40,012 nt of DNA from a bacterium (lineage in GTDB: Bacteria; Patescibacteriota; Patescibacteriia; JAZDEU01). A program made the translations under genes and the position numbers. The first letter of the stretch is position 1. Each line of letters opens with the position of its first letter. The notes under the pieces were generated by a model that made no database searches, was not told the origin of the DNA, and was given only the letters and a program-made list of their open reading frames with translations. This document shows, one piece after another, positions 9,001-17,590 of this stretch. Location: the NCBI GenBank assembly GCA_043800435.1, contig JAZDMY010000043.1, positions 1-40,012 of the forward strand, given 5' to 3'.

Positions 9001-9348
9001 ACTTTAAAGGGAAGTATTGACAGAATTGATGGTTTAGGCGATAATGCGGAGATAATTGATTATAAGACCGGAGCTGCAAAAGATGATAAGTCAATTGAAA
9101 AAGAACAATTGTTGATTTATCAGTTGGCTGCGGAACAATGTTTAAAAATTAAGCCGGAAAAGTTAACATTTTATTATATTGAAAATAATAAGGCTGTTTC
9201 ATTTTTAGGAAGTGATGAGGAAATAGAAAAATTAGAAGTAAATATTTTAAATAAGATAGAGAAGATAAAGAACAGTGATTTTAAACCTACTCCCGGCTGG
9301 CAATGCGCTTGGTGTGATTATAGCGGAATATGCGAGCATAGGGAATAA
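6094..9348 (+). CDS. UvrD/PcrA-type superfamily-1 helicase fused to a C-terminal PD-(D/E)xK (Cas4/AddB-like, Fe-S) nuclease
   Basis: Helicase motifs: Walker A AGAGTGKTT, motif II LVDEFQDTN, TIHSAKGLEF and YVAMTRAKE. C-terminal nuclease: SIDRID...AEIIDYKTG, QLLIYQLA, and Cys pattern C(PLQY)...C-x2-C-x5-C (CAWCDYSGIC). Confidence 0.9.
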   Translation: MSTLLENLNPEQTQAVVHENGPLLIVAGAGTGKTTVITKRIAWLIENGKANGDEILALTFTDKAAGEMEERVDLLLPYGYVDLWISTFHSFCDRILRDYALDIGLPNNYKLINTTEQWMLIKKNLGRFNLDYYKPFGNPTKFIHALVKHFSRCKDEGISPVGYLAYAESLRLNQDNAESGAAISKKSPARTTNVIQSGWKAKMPALSLPKGKKLKNENENEITELEIKKVEEVANAYHIYQQILLENDAFDFGDLINYTLKLFKERPNILAHLRSKFKYVLVDEFQDTNWAQYELIKMLAAPKNNITCVADDDQSIYLFRGSSVNNVLQFAKDYPKCEEIVLTENYRSKQDILDLSYNFIQQNNPNRLEYHLNQDDVMRERAKEKGIELKDYKAINKKLHSNTAGKAIVEHLHCETLEDEVNVVIAQILKIKEQKLETLPHEPFGQVGNQKLEEQELRIKNQELSKTEKIPLNPSLQKGEINWSDFAILVRANDSAIPFINALERAGIPYQFYSFRGLYNKPVILDITSYFRLLDNYHEAAALYRVLNMPIWKITHKDFSKLNYEAFRRGKSLFYIVKNYSLLNELDEETIKSLEKIVLLIEKHSKMAQEKSVSEIITVFLNDSGYLEYLVKNQTSDNVKNLRYLNEFYKKIKEFESAEKEPRLRNFIEELLMEVEAGDEGTLSLDIDAGPDMVKIMTIHSAKGLEFPYVFITNLVDKKFPTIERHDPIEIPEALIKEILPDGDIHLQEERRLFYVAMTRAKEGLFFTSAENYGGVRKKKISRFLPEMFPNITDSQKLTASPDWLRGLRADSNADQTEKYRYASEKCEKEFVLPKQFSYTQLAAFEKCPLQYKFAHILRIPIKGKGSFSFGKTMHSTLQKFFALMNERKNKKQIGLFGEAESDNLPKLEDLLKIYNESWIDEWYENDKEQEEKKKTGRESLKEFYNLHKDNWPEVLFLEKGFNLKIGNYTLKGSIDRIDGLGDNAEIIDYKTGAAKDDKSIEKEQLLIYQLAAEQCLKIKPEKLTFYYIENNKAVSFLGSDEEIEKLEVNILNKIEKIKNSDFKPTPGWQCAWCDYSGICEHRE

Positions 9349-9411
9349 AATTTTTAATTCTTAATTTAAAATTTTTAATAAATTTTTAATGATTTAATGT
9401 TTAATTAAAAA

Positions 9412-10707
9412 ATGAATAAAAAAATACAATCTAAAATATACTTTGACCACGCCGCGACTACGGCGACTGATCCACGCGTTTTGAAGGCAATGATGCCGTA
9501 TATGAGTGAAAAATACGGAAATGCCTCATCCGCGCATAGTTTTGGGCAAGGGGCGATGTCTGGAGTTAATAAGTCAAGAAAAATATTGGCTGAATTTTTA
9601 AATTGCGCGATGGATGAAATAATATTTACAAGCGGTGCGACGGAAAGCAATAATTTAGCGCTGCAGGGGTTCTTGCGTAATGCAAGTACACGATTAAACG
9701 CGTCTGGAAAACAGCCATTGCATATCATTACTTCGCAAATAGAACACCCGTCGGTTTTGGATGTATGTAAAGCACTTGAGCGGGAAGGCGCGGAAATATC
9801 ATACGTGGGCGTAAATAGAGAAGGGATGGTTTTAGCAGATGATATTAAGAATGCCATTAAAGATAATACGGTTTTAGTAAGTATTATGTATGTAAATAAT
9901 GAAACAGGAGTTATTCAACCGATAAGGGAAATAGGGAAGATGATTGAGAAATATAATAAATATGTAAACACACCCCTCGCCCCTCTCAAGAGGGGAATGA
10001 ATTCAAATGCTGGAGGATGTAGAATTTTATTCCACACCGATGCGACGCAGGCGGTAAATTATTGCGAATGCAATACGAAATATTTGCACGTTGATATGCT
10101 TAGTCTGTCAGCCCATAAAATATATGGTCCAAAAGGAGCTGGGTGTCTATACGTAAAAAAGGGCATACCGCTGCAACCTGTCCACTATGGCGGGCATCAG
10201 GAAAACGGATTAAGATCCGGAACATATAATACTTCGGGAATTGTCGGATTAGGAAGAGCGGTTGAAATTATTGCCAACGAACGTGAAAAAATAAAAATAG
10301 AAAAGGACAGATATCTTATTTTTTCAGCGGGAAATAAAAAAATAAAAAAATTGCGTGATAGAATAATAAAAGAGATAACTAAAAAAATTCCTGATATCTT
10401 AATAAATGGCAGCATGGAAAATAGAATTTCTTCAAATTTAAATTTAAGTTTTAAGAATATTGAAGGCGAGAGTTTAATGATTATGCTTGATATGGATGGC
10501 ATTGCTGTTTCCACTGGTTCTGCTTGTTCAAGCGGGATGACTGAATCCTCGCATGTTTTAAAAGCGATGGGAGCTACTGAAAGAATGGCGCAAGGAAGTA
10601 TAAGAATTACCTTAGGAAGAAATAATACTTTGCGGGAGGTTGAATATTTTGTTGCGAAATTAGAAGGAGTGGTTAATAAATTAAGACAGTTTGCGGGAAA
10701 AAAATAA
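9412..10707 (+). CDS. cysteine desulfurase (NifS/IscS family)
   Basis: Motifs HTDATQA, PLP-lysine SAHKIYGPKGAG, and active-site loop STGSACSSG. Collinear with IscS as I remember it, apart from an insert at 9968-10000. Confidence 0.9.
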   Translation: MNKKIQSKIYFDHAATTATDPRVLKAMMPYMSEKYGNASSAHSFGQGAMSGVNKSRKILAEFLNCAMDEIIFTSGATESNNLALQGFLRNASTRLNASGKQPLHIITSQIEHPSVLDVCKALEREGAEISYVGVNREGMVLADDIKNAIKDNTVLVSIMYVNNETGVIQPIREIGKMIEKYNKYVNTPLAPLKRGMNSNAGGCRILFHTDATQAVNYCECNTKYLHVDMLSLSAHKIYGPKGAGCLYVKKGIPLQPVHYGGHQENGLRSGTYNTSGIVGLGRAVEIIANEREKIKIEKDRYLIFSAGNKKIKKLRDRIIKEITKKIPDILINGSMENRISSNLNLSFKNIEGESLMIMLDMDGIAVSTGSACSSGMTESSHVLKAMGATERMAQGSIRITLGRNNTLREVEYFVAKLEGVVNKLRQFAGKK

Positions 10708-10744
10708 CCAAGATGCAAGAAACCTGCCAAGAAAGCAAAAATTT

Positions 10745-11734
10745 ATGATTCATATCTTAGAAAATGAACCTTCATACCGTCAAAGGCAAATTACAGAAGC
10801 ATTATTTGATCCGAAAAATACGGGATGGGAAGATATTACGGTTTTGCCGAAAGAATTAAGAGGAAAATTAAAAAAAGAAGTTCCTTGGTTTTCTTTTTAT
10901 TTACAGGAATTAAAAATAAGTAAAATAGACGGCTCTAAAAAAGCAGTATTAAAATTATGCGATAATAATCTTATTGAATCGGTTTTAATAAAAAACGCGC
11001 GCGGGGAATGGACATTATGTCTTTCAACACAGGTCGGATGCCCAATAGGATGTGTTTTTTGCAGTACCGGTAAAATGGGCTTTAGGCGAAATTTAACTAA
11101 AGAAGAAATCATTGATCAATTTCGTTTCTGGATGAGAGAAGGAAATATTACTAATATTGTTGTTATGGGTATGGGAGAACCGCTTTTAAATTATGAAAAT
11201 GTCCGTGACGGGCTGAAAGATATAATAGAATATGCGAATATCGGACAAAATCATATTGTTCTTTCAACGGTCGGCGCAATTGAGAGGCTTTGGTTTTTAT
11301 TAGATGATCCCTTATGGCCTAATGTGCGGGTTGCAATCTCATTGCACAGCGTAAATAATGCAATAAGAAAAAAAATAATTCCAGCGCATAATGATAGTTT
11401 TTTTGAGGAAATTATTAAATGGGCGAAAAAATATCAGGAAAAATTAGCGGCAAAAAACAGATGCTTAAATTTTGAGTATATTTTAATAAAGGATTTAAAT
11501 GACGGTGATAATTCCTTAAAGGAATTATTATATTTTTTAAGCCGTATCGGAAAAGCAAAGGTAAATTTAATTCCATATAATTATTCAGCCGGGAATTTTA
11601 TGCCGGCGACAAGAAGCAGAGAGGAGGAGTTCCAAAATAAAATAAAAAGCGCGGGGTTTACCTGCACAATTCGTAAATCATACGGCGCCGATATCTCAGG
11701 CGCTTGCGGACAATTAATTACTGCTGAAAATTAA
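10745..11734 (+). CDS. rlmN: 23S rRNA/tRNA (adenine-C2)-methyltransferase, radical SAM
   Basis: Motifs GCPIGCVFCSTG (CxxxCxxC), MGMGEPLLN, ISLHS, NLIPYN and C-terminal GADISGACGQL. I place the start at ATG 10745 (MIHILENEPSYRQRQI) rather than 10691, which overlaps the preceding gene. Confidence 0.85.
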   Translation: MIHILENEPSYRQRQITEALFDPKNTGWEDITVLPKELRGKLKKEVPWFSFYLQELKISKIDGSKKAVLKLCDNNLIESVLIKNARGEWTLCLSTQVGCPIGCVFCSTGKMGFRRNLTKEEIIDQFRFWMREGNITNIVVMGMGEPLLNYENVRDGLKDIIEYANIGQNHIVLSTVGAIERLWFLLDDPLWPNVRVAISLHSVNNAIRKKIIPAHNDSFFEEIIKWAKKYQEKLAAKNRCLNFEYILIKDLNDGDNSLKELLYFLSRIGKAKVNLIPYNYSAGNFMPATRSREEEFQNKIKSAGFTCTIRKSYGADISGACGQLITAEN

Positions 11735-13973
11735 TTTTATATATCTCATTCCCATTCAACACATAAATAATTTTATTCTTCTCGTCAACAGCAAAGTCCT
11801 TTAAGTTGCTGAAATTTTCCGAGGTGTATTGGGAAACCAACGCGCATGTTTCTTTATTAAAGACTACGATTCGCTTATTCATAGGATCTAAAATATATAA
11901 AAATTCTGAATCAGAATTTACGTAAATTTTTACCGGGGTCAAAAGCGCCGGTTTTATGTCTGGCAATTTAAAATTGACTAAGTCGCCTTTATAGAATTTT
12001 AAAATAGTCCCGCCATTTTTTAAAATATAAATATTGCCGTCAATCGCCATATCAATAGCGCCGGCAAAATCAATGCCCGAATTATTATTTATCCACTTTT
12101 TACCGGCGGCGGATTTATAAGCATAGATTTGATTATCTTGCCCGTTTATAATGTAAATACTGCTTGCATATGAATATATATTTTTTATTTCTCCTTCTGG
12201 CAAAATATTATTTAAAGCCGTTATTTTTTTATCCTTTATATTAAACTTATAAATTTTATTATTTTTATCAGAGTAAAGTATAATTTCGTTTTCAGTTTTT
12301 AAATTGCTCAGATATTTAAAATCCGCGAGATTGATAATGTTTTCAGAAAGATCCCATAAATCAAACGGCTTTGAGCCATCTTTTATGTATATTTTTTCGC
12401 AGGCATAATTAAATCCTAAAAAAGAGTTATTTTTTAATGTTATATCGTTTAACTCACTTCCGTTATTTCCAATATCTGTTTTTTCCGGAGTTAAAATTTC
12501 AACTACTTTATTTATCTTTTTTTCGAAATCGTCTACCTTCTTTTTTGTATCATCATATTTTTCTTTATATTCAGGTGCTTCAACGGCCATTTGATTTTTC
12601 ATTAAATTGTCTATTTCTTCTAAAATTTTTGACGCGTCCGCATAATTATTATAAATAATATCCGCCTCAAGCGAAGAAAATTTTTGTTCAAGCTCTATCA
12701 ATGCTTCATTATATGCTTTCTCATTCGCTTTTTTAACTTTCGTATTATTGAGCATAGATGTTCCCTTCCAAAATAAAAATAAAATAATTATTAATGCCAT
12801 AATTAGCATAGCGGGTTTTAACGATATTTTTTTTATTTTTCGGAAAGAAAGCACGATTAAGGTTAATATTTCTAAAAGTATTTTTTTGATTAATAAAAAA
12901 AATATTTTAACATATTTTATTGATATTGATGAAATTTTAAAAATATATGGTTTTATTTTTTTAAGGCCGAAATTACTATGTTTTTTTGCCGTTTCATATT
13001 CCTGCTTTTTCTTTTTTTTAAAACCTGACTTTAATTTTACGATTTTTCCGTAAAAAGATTTAGATAATTTTTCTGATAAACTTTTTATTTTAGCATAACT
13101 ATTTTTAAAATCCGGAATTATTGATGGTGTAAGAAATTTTTCGGTGTTTTTTCCCGTTATAATTAATTTTTCAATTGAATTTTCTAAAGGCATTTTTTCT
13201 TCAGCAGCAGTAATCAGATAAATTAAAATAGCCGCGAATTCAATTCCATGGCTTATATCAACCTCATTTAGCATTTTTTTTAGATGCCTAACAGCTGAAT
13301 CCGCATCCATGGAAATAACCACTTGCTTTAATTTATCAGAGATAATGTAATTTAGTAAATTTTGATTAGCTATTATCAAATAACTGTCATTATCTAATTC
13401 CCCGCTTATTATATTGGCAAAAATTTTACCTTCCTTGCCGCTCCCTGCCTCGTTATTCGCCTCTAAAACATCCATTAATTTATATTTATCCCCTTGCCGG
13501 TAAACCAGTAAATTATTTATGCGATTTAAGCAGGAAAAATGGAAATAGTATTTTTCTTCATTTTTTCCGATAAATGGCTCAATAACGCCAATAAAAATAT
13601 TTAGGTCCCCAATTAAAAATTTATGAAATTTTTCCTCCTCAAGAATATATTTAATTTCACTATTTAAAGATTTTAATAATAACTCTAGAATATGCTCGCT
13701 CAGATTTTCCGTTTGCAATGATTTTCGTTCATTGACGGAGTTATAAATTTTTTTAATTTTTTCTGTTATTTTTATTTCAAATGTATTCAAAAGATCATTG
13801 GCATTAATTGCGATATTTTCATTTTTTATTTCAACTATTGCAAATATTTCAGGAAGTTTAAGTTCCTGATTGAAAAAATCTTTGCTTAAAATTATTCGGC
13901 AAAGCCCATTCTTTTCTATCTTATGGTTTTTTTCATCAAATAAAAAATTTAACTTTCTTGATTTTATCGGCAT
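11718..13973 (-). CDS. large hypothetical membrane protein; weak PP2C/SpoIIE-like N-terminal region, central TM segments, C-terminal beta-propeller-like repeats
   Basis: 751-aa uninterrupted ORF. Hydrophobic stretches: ISIKYVKIFFLLIKKILLEILTLIVLSF and AMLIMALIIILFLFW. N-terminal pattern: LLVYRQGDKYKLMD ... GELDNDSYLIIANQNLLNYIS. The C-terminus has repeated Y-I/V-L-N/D-G strands. No firm family call. Confidence 0.6.
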   Translation of the reverse strand: MPIKSRKLNFLFDEKNHKIEKNGLCRIILSKDFFNQELKLPEIFAIVEIKNENIAINANDLLNTFEIKITEKIKKIYNSVNERKSLQTENLSEHILELLLKSLNSEIKYILEEEKFHKFLIGDLNIFIGVIEPFIGKNEEKYYFHFSCLNRINNLLVYRQGDKYKLMDVLEANNEAGSGKEGKIFANIISGELDNDSYLIIANQNLLNYIISDKLKQVVISMDADSAVRHLKKMLNEVDISHGIEFAAILIYLITAAEEKMPLENSIEKLIITGKNTEKFLTPSIIPDFKNSYAKIKSLSEKLSKSFYGKIVKLKSGFKKKKKQEYETAKKHSNFGLKKIKPYIFKISSISIKYVKIFFLLIKKILLEILTLIVLSFRKIKKISLKPAMLIMALIIILFLFWKGTSMLNNTKVKKANEKAYNEALIELEQKFSSLEADIIYNNYADASKILEEIDNLMKNQMAVEAPEYKEKYDDTKKKVDDFEKKINKVVEILTPEKTDIGNNGSELNDITLKNNSFLGFNYACEKIYIKDGSKPFDLWDLSENIINLADFKYLSNLKTENEIILYSDKNNKIYKFNIKDKKITALNNILPEGEIKNIYSYASSIYIINGQDNQIYAYKSAAGKKWINNNSGIDFAGAIDMAIDGNIYILKNGGTILKFYKGDLVNFKLPDIKPALLTPVKIYVNSDSEFLYILDPMNKRIVVFNKETCALVSQYTSENFSNLKDFAVDEKNKIIYVLNGNEIYKINFQQ

Positions 13974-14348
13974 AATTTATTAATACGGAAATTTCAATGC
14001 TGGCATTCGCATAAAAAATCGTGGTATTATGTCTCGCGGGAAATACAAATAAATAAACGCTAATTTATGCAAAGATACATGTCGGACAGCTATTTTTGAT
14101 TTTGACTTATTTATATATTTATATTATACTACAATTAAATCAAAACATCAATAAATTTGAAATAAATAAATTAAATTTTATTTAAGTAATTTATGGAATT
14201 TGATTGCTTATTTAGTGTCTATTGAAATAGTGCCGTCTGCAAAGAGTATGGAGCAATAATTTCTCTTAACACACGCCCCTATCCCCTCTCCAGAGGGGAA
14301 TTTAAGGACTATTTCAACAGCAAATATTTATTTAGTTTTATTGAACAT

Positions 14349-14948
14349 ATGCTTGAGCAATTTTTTGGTTCAAAAACGAGGACTGAATTATTAGGATTTC
14401 TTTTTAGCGAGCCGACTAAAAATTTTTATGTGCGGGAATTAGTGAAACTTACCGGAATCCAGTTGAATTCTATTAGAAGGGAACTTGAAAATCTTGCTAA
14501 TTTTGGAATTATTATTGAGGACAAAGAGAGCAAACATTATGAAAAGGATATAATTGATAAAAAATTTAATTTGCCGATAAAACGAAAATATTATAAATTG
14601 AACAAGGATTTCGTATTGTATAAGGAAATTGAGACATTGATTGTAAAGTCGCGGTTATTATTGGAAAATAAACTTGTTGATAAGCTAAATAATGCAGGTA
14701 ATATTAAACTTATAATATTGTCAGGGATTTTTACCGGGATTAAAACATCAGCGATTGATATTTTAGTTGTCGGTGATATTAATAAAGAAAAATTAAAGGA
14801 ACTTATCCATAAATTCGGCACATATATTAATAAGGATATAAATTATTCAACCCTAACGGAAGAAGAATATAAGTACCGCTTAAATATAAAGGATAAATTT
14901 TTATTTAATATTTTAGATCAAGAAAAGATTGAAATAAAAAATAAATAG
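14349..14948 (+). CDS. winged-helix (ArsR/MarR-like) DNA-binding protein with C-terminal DILVVGD-containing domain
   Basis: The N-terminus FGSKTRTELLGFLFSEPTKNFYVRELVKLTGIQLNSIRRELENLANFGII is a typical wHTH. The C-terminal half has IDILVVGDI, reminiscent of minimal nucleotidyltransferase folds. Confidence 0.55.
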   Translation: MLEQFFGSKTRTELLGFLFSEPTKNFYVRELVKLTGIQLNSIRRELENLANFGIIIEDKESKHYEKDIIDKKFNLPIKRKYYKLNKDFVLYKEIETLIVKSRLLLENKLVDKLNNAGNIKLIILSGIFTGIKTSAIDILVVGDINKEKLKELIHKFGTYINKDINYSTLTEEEYKYRLNIKDKFLFNILDQEKIEIKNK

Positions 14949-14960
14949 TTTTTTGCGATT

Positions 14961-15353
14961 ATGATGCTATTCATAAATACATCCGTGGAAAATAAATTAA
15001 TTTTAGCGGTAAAAAAAGGAGAAGATATAATGAAAAAGGAAGTAAAGATGGAAGGCGGACATGCGGAAAAGTTTATAACGGCATTAGATAAATTTTTAAG
15101 TGAACACAAAATTTATTCAAAGGAGATAGAGGGTATTATTGCCGTCAATGGTCCGGGAAAGTTTACTTCTATAAGGGCAGGTATTAGTGCTGCTAACGTA
15201 CTGGCTTTTGCGCTTAAAAAAGGGTCGGCGGCAATATCCGCTGATGCATCCGGCGATTTAAAAAATATATTTCACGTATCTAAAAATAAATTTAAAAAGC
15301 ATATTCTTATCCCTTTTTATGGCAGGGAGCCGAATATTACCTTGAAAAAATAA
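14961..15353 (+). CDS. tsaB: short TsaB/YeaZ-like t6A biosynthesis protein
   Basis: Has the GPGKFTSIRAGISAANVLAFAL motif (GPGSFTGLRIG in TsaB). 130 aa, so shorter than canonical TsaB. Confidence 0.6.
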   Translation: MMLFINTSVENKLILAVKKGEDIMKKEVKMEGGHAEKFITALDKFLSEHKIYSKEIEGIIAVNGPGKFTSIRAGISAANVLAFALKKGSAAISADASGDLKNIFHVSKNKFKKHILIPFYGREPNITLKK

Positions 15354-17425
15354 TGAGACAAAAAACGAAAAAATTTACTTTAAATTTTTTTTCAGCAAAT
15401 ACAATTAATAGGAATAATCTATATTTAATTATTTTTTTTGCAATATTTTTATTTGTTAAACCTGTTTTTGCCATAGAGCCTAATGATCCGGGTTATTCTT
15501 TTCAATGGTATTTGGAGAAAATAGGCGCATCGGAATCTTGGGATATAACAACCGGAGATAGCAATGTTATTATTGCTTTTATTGATTCAGGCGTATATAT
15601 TGATCATCCTGATTTGAAAAAAAATATATGGGTTAATATGGACGAGATAGGCGGTGATAATATTGATAATGACTTAAATGGGTATGTTGACGATGTTCAT
15701 GGATGGAATTTTATAGATTTTAACAATGATCCGAATCCGAAAGTAGAGGCTAAATGCTTAAATAAAGATGGCGCGATAAATGAAAAATGCAATCTTGGAA
15801 TAAATCACGGAACTATTATAGCCGGTGTGGCCGCAGCCATAGGAAATAATAAACAAGGCATCGCGGGCGTAGCGTGGAATGCGAAAATTATGCCTCTGAA
15901 AGTTTTAGATGGAACAGGCAATGGCGAAAATAAAAAAGTTATTGAGGCAGTAAATTATGCCGTTAATAATGGGGCGAGTATTATAAATTTAAGCATAGTG
16001 GGAGATGAATATTCTCGTGATATGGAATTGGCATTGCAAAACGCTTATAATCATGATGTCATAATTTTAGCCGCTGCTGGAAATAATGATGGCGGCGGAA
16101 TAAATATTGATAAATATCCTAAATATCCGGCTTGTTATAAAGGTGTAAACGGCGAAAATATTGTGTTAGGGATAGCGGGAACAGATAAAGATGATAAATT
16201 AGCGATTTTTTCCAATTATGGGACAAACTGCATTGATGTGGGCGCACCTGCCGTGGATTTTTACAGCACTTCTTTTTTTAATCCCGCGTATCAGGGATTA
16301 GAAGCATATTATAGCGGACTATGGTCGGGAACATCTTTATCAACTCCGATTGTCGCCGGGCTTGCCGCATTAATGAAATCATCGCACCCGCTCCTATCCA
16401 ATAGAGAAATATATAAGTTAATAATAAATAACGCGGATGATACCGGAGATAAATATATCGGGGCAGGCAGAATAAATTTTACTAATACTTTATTAGGAAA
16501 AGTTAATGAAAAAATTTCCGCTTCTTATATTTTGGCGGTTCCTGAGAAAATGGGAATATCCGAGATAAGAAAGTTTAGGGCGGACAGCATATTCTTAAGC
16601 AGTTTTACCGTATATGAGAAGGAATTTTCAAATGGAGCGAATATAGCCGTCGGCGATGCGGATGGCGACGGTAAAAAAGAAATTTTTACCGCTAAAAATT
16701 TTGGAAGCCTGCCGCAAGTAAAAATATTTAATCAAGACGGCGATATTAAAAAAGAATTTCTTGCTTATGGCGAAAATTTTAAAGGCGGAGTAAGTATTGC
16801 CGCAGGCGATTTAAATAATGACGGCATTAATGAGATAATAACCGGAACGGGAAAGGGCGGCGGACCGCAGGTAAGAGTTTTTGATATGAATGGAAGGCTG
16901 AAGTTGCAATTTTTCGCTTACGCGGAAAGTTTCCATGGAGGCGTAAACGTCGCGTCAGGAGATGCTGATGGTGATGGGATTACGGATATTATTACTGCGG
17001 CGGGAAAGGGAGGCCGTTCCCATATTAAAGTTTATAATAATAAAGGAATGGTTAAATCGCAATTTTTTGCGTATAATAGGAATTTTTTTGGCGGAGTAAA
17101 TATTGCTTGCGGCGATCTTAATAAAGACGGCAAGGATGAAATTATAACTTCTCCTTTATCAGACGGCGGACCGCACATAAAAGTATTTGACGCGGATGGT
17201 AATTTAAAGTCTGAATTTTTCGCATATGAGCGTAATTTTTTTGGCGGAGTAAATATTGCTTCCGGAGATATAGATAATAACGGTATTAATGAAATAATAA
17301 CTGGCCAGGCTGATAATAATTCGGAAATTAAAATATTTGATATTGCGGGAAATAAAAAAATAGGATTTGACGGGTTTGGAAAAAATTTCCGCGGCGGAGT
17401 AAATGTGGGAATTATTTCAAACTAA
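15353..17425 (+). CDS. secreted S8 (subtilisin-like) serine peptidase with C-terminal FG-GAP/VCBS-type repeats
   Basis: N-terminal signal/TM segment. Catalytic D (AFIDSGV), H (NHGTIIAGV) and S (SGTSLSTPIVAG). ATG overlaps the TsaB stop (TAATG). Confidence 0.85.
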   Translation: MRQKTKKFTLNFFSANTINRNNLYLIIFFAIFLFVKPVFAIEPNDPGYSFQWYLEKIGASESWDITTGDSNVIIAFIDSGVYIDHPDLKKNIWVNMDEIGGDNIDNDLNGYVDDVHGWNFIDFNNDPNPKVEAKCLNKDGAINEKCNLGINHGTIIAGVAAAIGNNKQGIAGVAWNAKIMPLKVLDGTGNGENKKVIEAVNYAVNNGASIINLSIVGDEYSRDMELALQNAYNHDVIILAAAGNNDGGGINIDKYPKYPACYKGVNGENIVLGIAGTDKDDKLAIFSNYGTNCIDVGAPAVDFYSTSFFNPAYQGLEAYYSGLWSGTSLSTPIVAGLAALMKSSHPLLSNREIYKLIINNADDTGDKYIGAGRINFTNTLLGKVNEKISASYILAVPEKMGISEIRKFRADSIFLSSFTVYEKEFSNGANIAVGDADGDGKKEIFTAKNFGSLPQVKIFNQDGDIKKEFLAYGENFKGGVSIAAGDLNNDGINEIITGTGKGGGPQVRVFDMNGRLKLQFFAYAESFHGGVNVASGDADGDGITDIITAAGKGGRSHIKVYNNKGMVKSQFFAYNRNFFGGVNIACGDLNKDGKDEIITSPLSDGGPHIKVFDADGNLKSEFFAYERNFFGGVNIASGDIDNNGINEIITGQADNNSEIKIFDIAGNKKIGFDGFGKNFRGGVNVGIISN
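16622..17422 (+). repeat. six tandem ~62-aa coding repeats (FG-GAP-like) inside the S8 peptidase gene
   Basis: Repeated consensus GGVN(I/V)AxGDxDxDGxxEIITxxxxGGxPxVKVFxxxGxxKxxFFAYxxNF, read six times in the translation. Confidence 0.7.
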
Positions 17426-17475
17426 TGTCTCGTTTATTTAATTTTTGTATACTGGTTTTTTCCCCGCCCCAGTCC

Positions 17476-17548
17476 CCTGCCTACGCAGGCAGGCGTTAGT
17501 GACTGTGGCGTTTCCACGCGCTCATTGCAGTCCCTTTTGGGAGACTGC
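17476..17548. repeat. two GC-rich hairpins in the spacer after the peptidase gene
   Basis: CCTGCC-TACGCA-GGCAGG lies at 17476-17493. GCAGTCCC-TTTTG-GG(A)GACTGC lies at 17527-17548. They may act as terminators, but no U-run follows. Confidence 0.5.
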
Positions 17549-17590
17549 AACGGCGAGAACACATAAAAATTAAATGAACGGTACACTGAT

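Noticed and set aside
9349-9411. AT-rich TTTTTAAT-type low-complexity spacer upstream of the desulfurase gene as a curved-DNA regulatory element
   Set aside because: T-tract spacing is irregular (about 20, 11, 10 and 7 nt). The same kind of sequence is common in spacers here, so there is no specific support.
9405-10730. Minus-strand ORFs 9405-9857 and 10197-10730 opposite the cysteine desulfurase gene
   Set aside because: The plus-strand gene has unmistakable PLP-enzyme motifs. The antisense products are low-complexity with no motifs.
10691-10744. Upstream extension of rlmN from ATG 10691
   Set aside because: It overlaps the end of the desulfurase gene and adds a non-conserved basic peptide. 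ATG 10745 begins the conserved RlmN N-terminus.
12437-13053. Plus-strand ORFs 12437-12658 and 12748-13053
   Set aside because: They are antisense to the 751-aa gene. They are Phe/Leu/Ile-rich products of T-rich antisense sequence.
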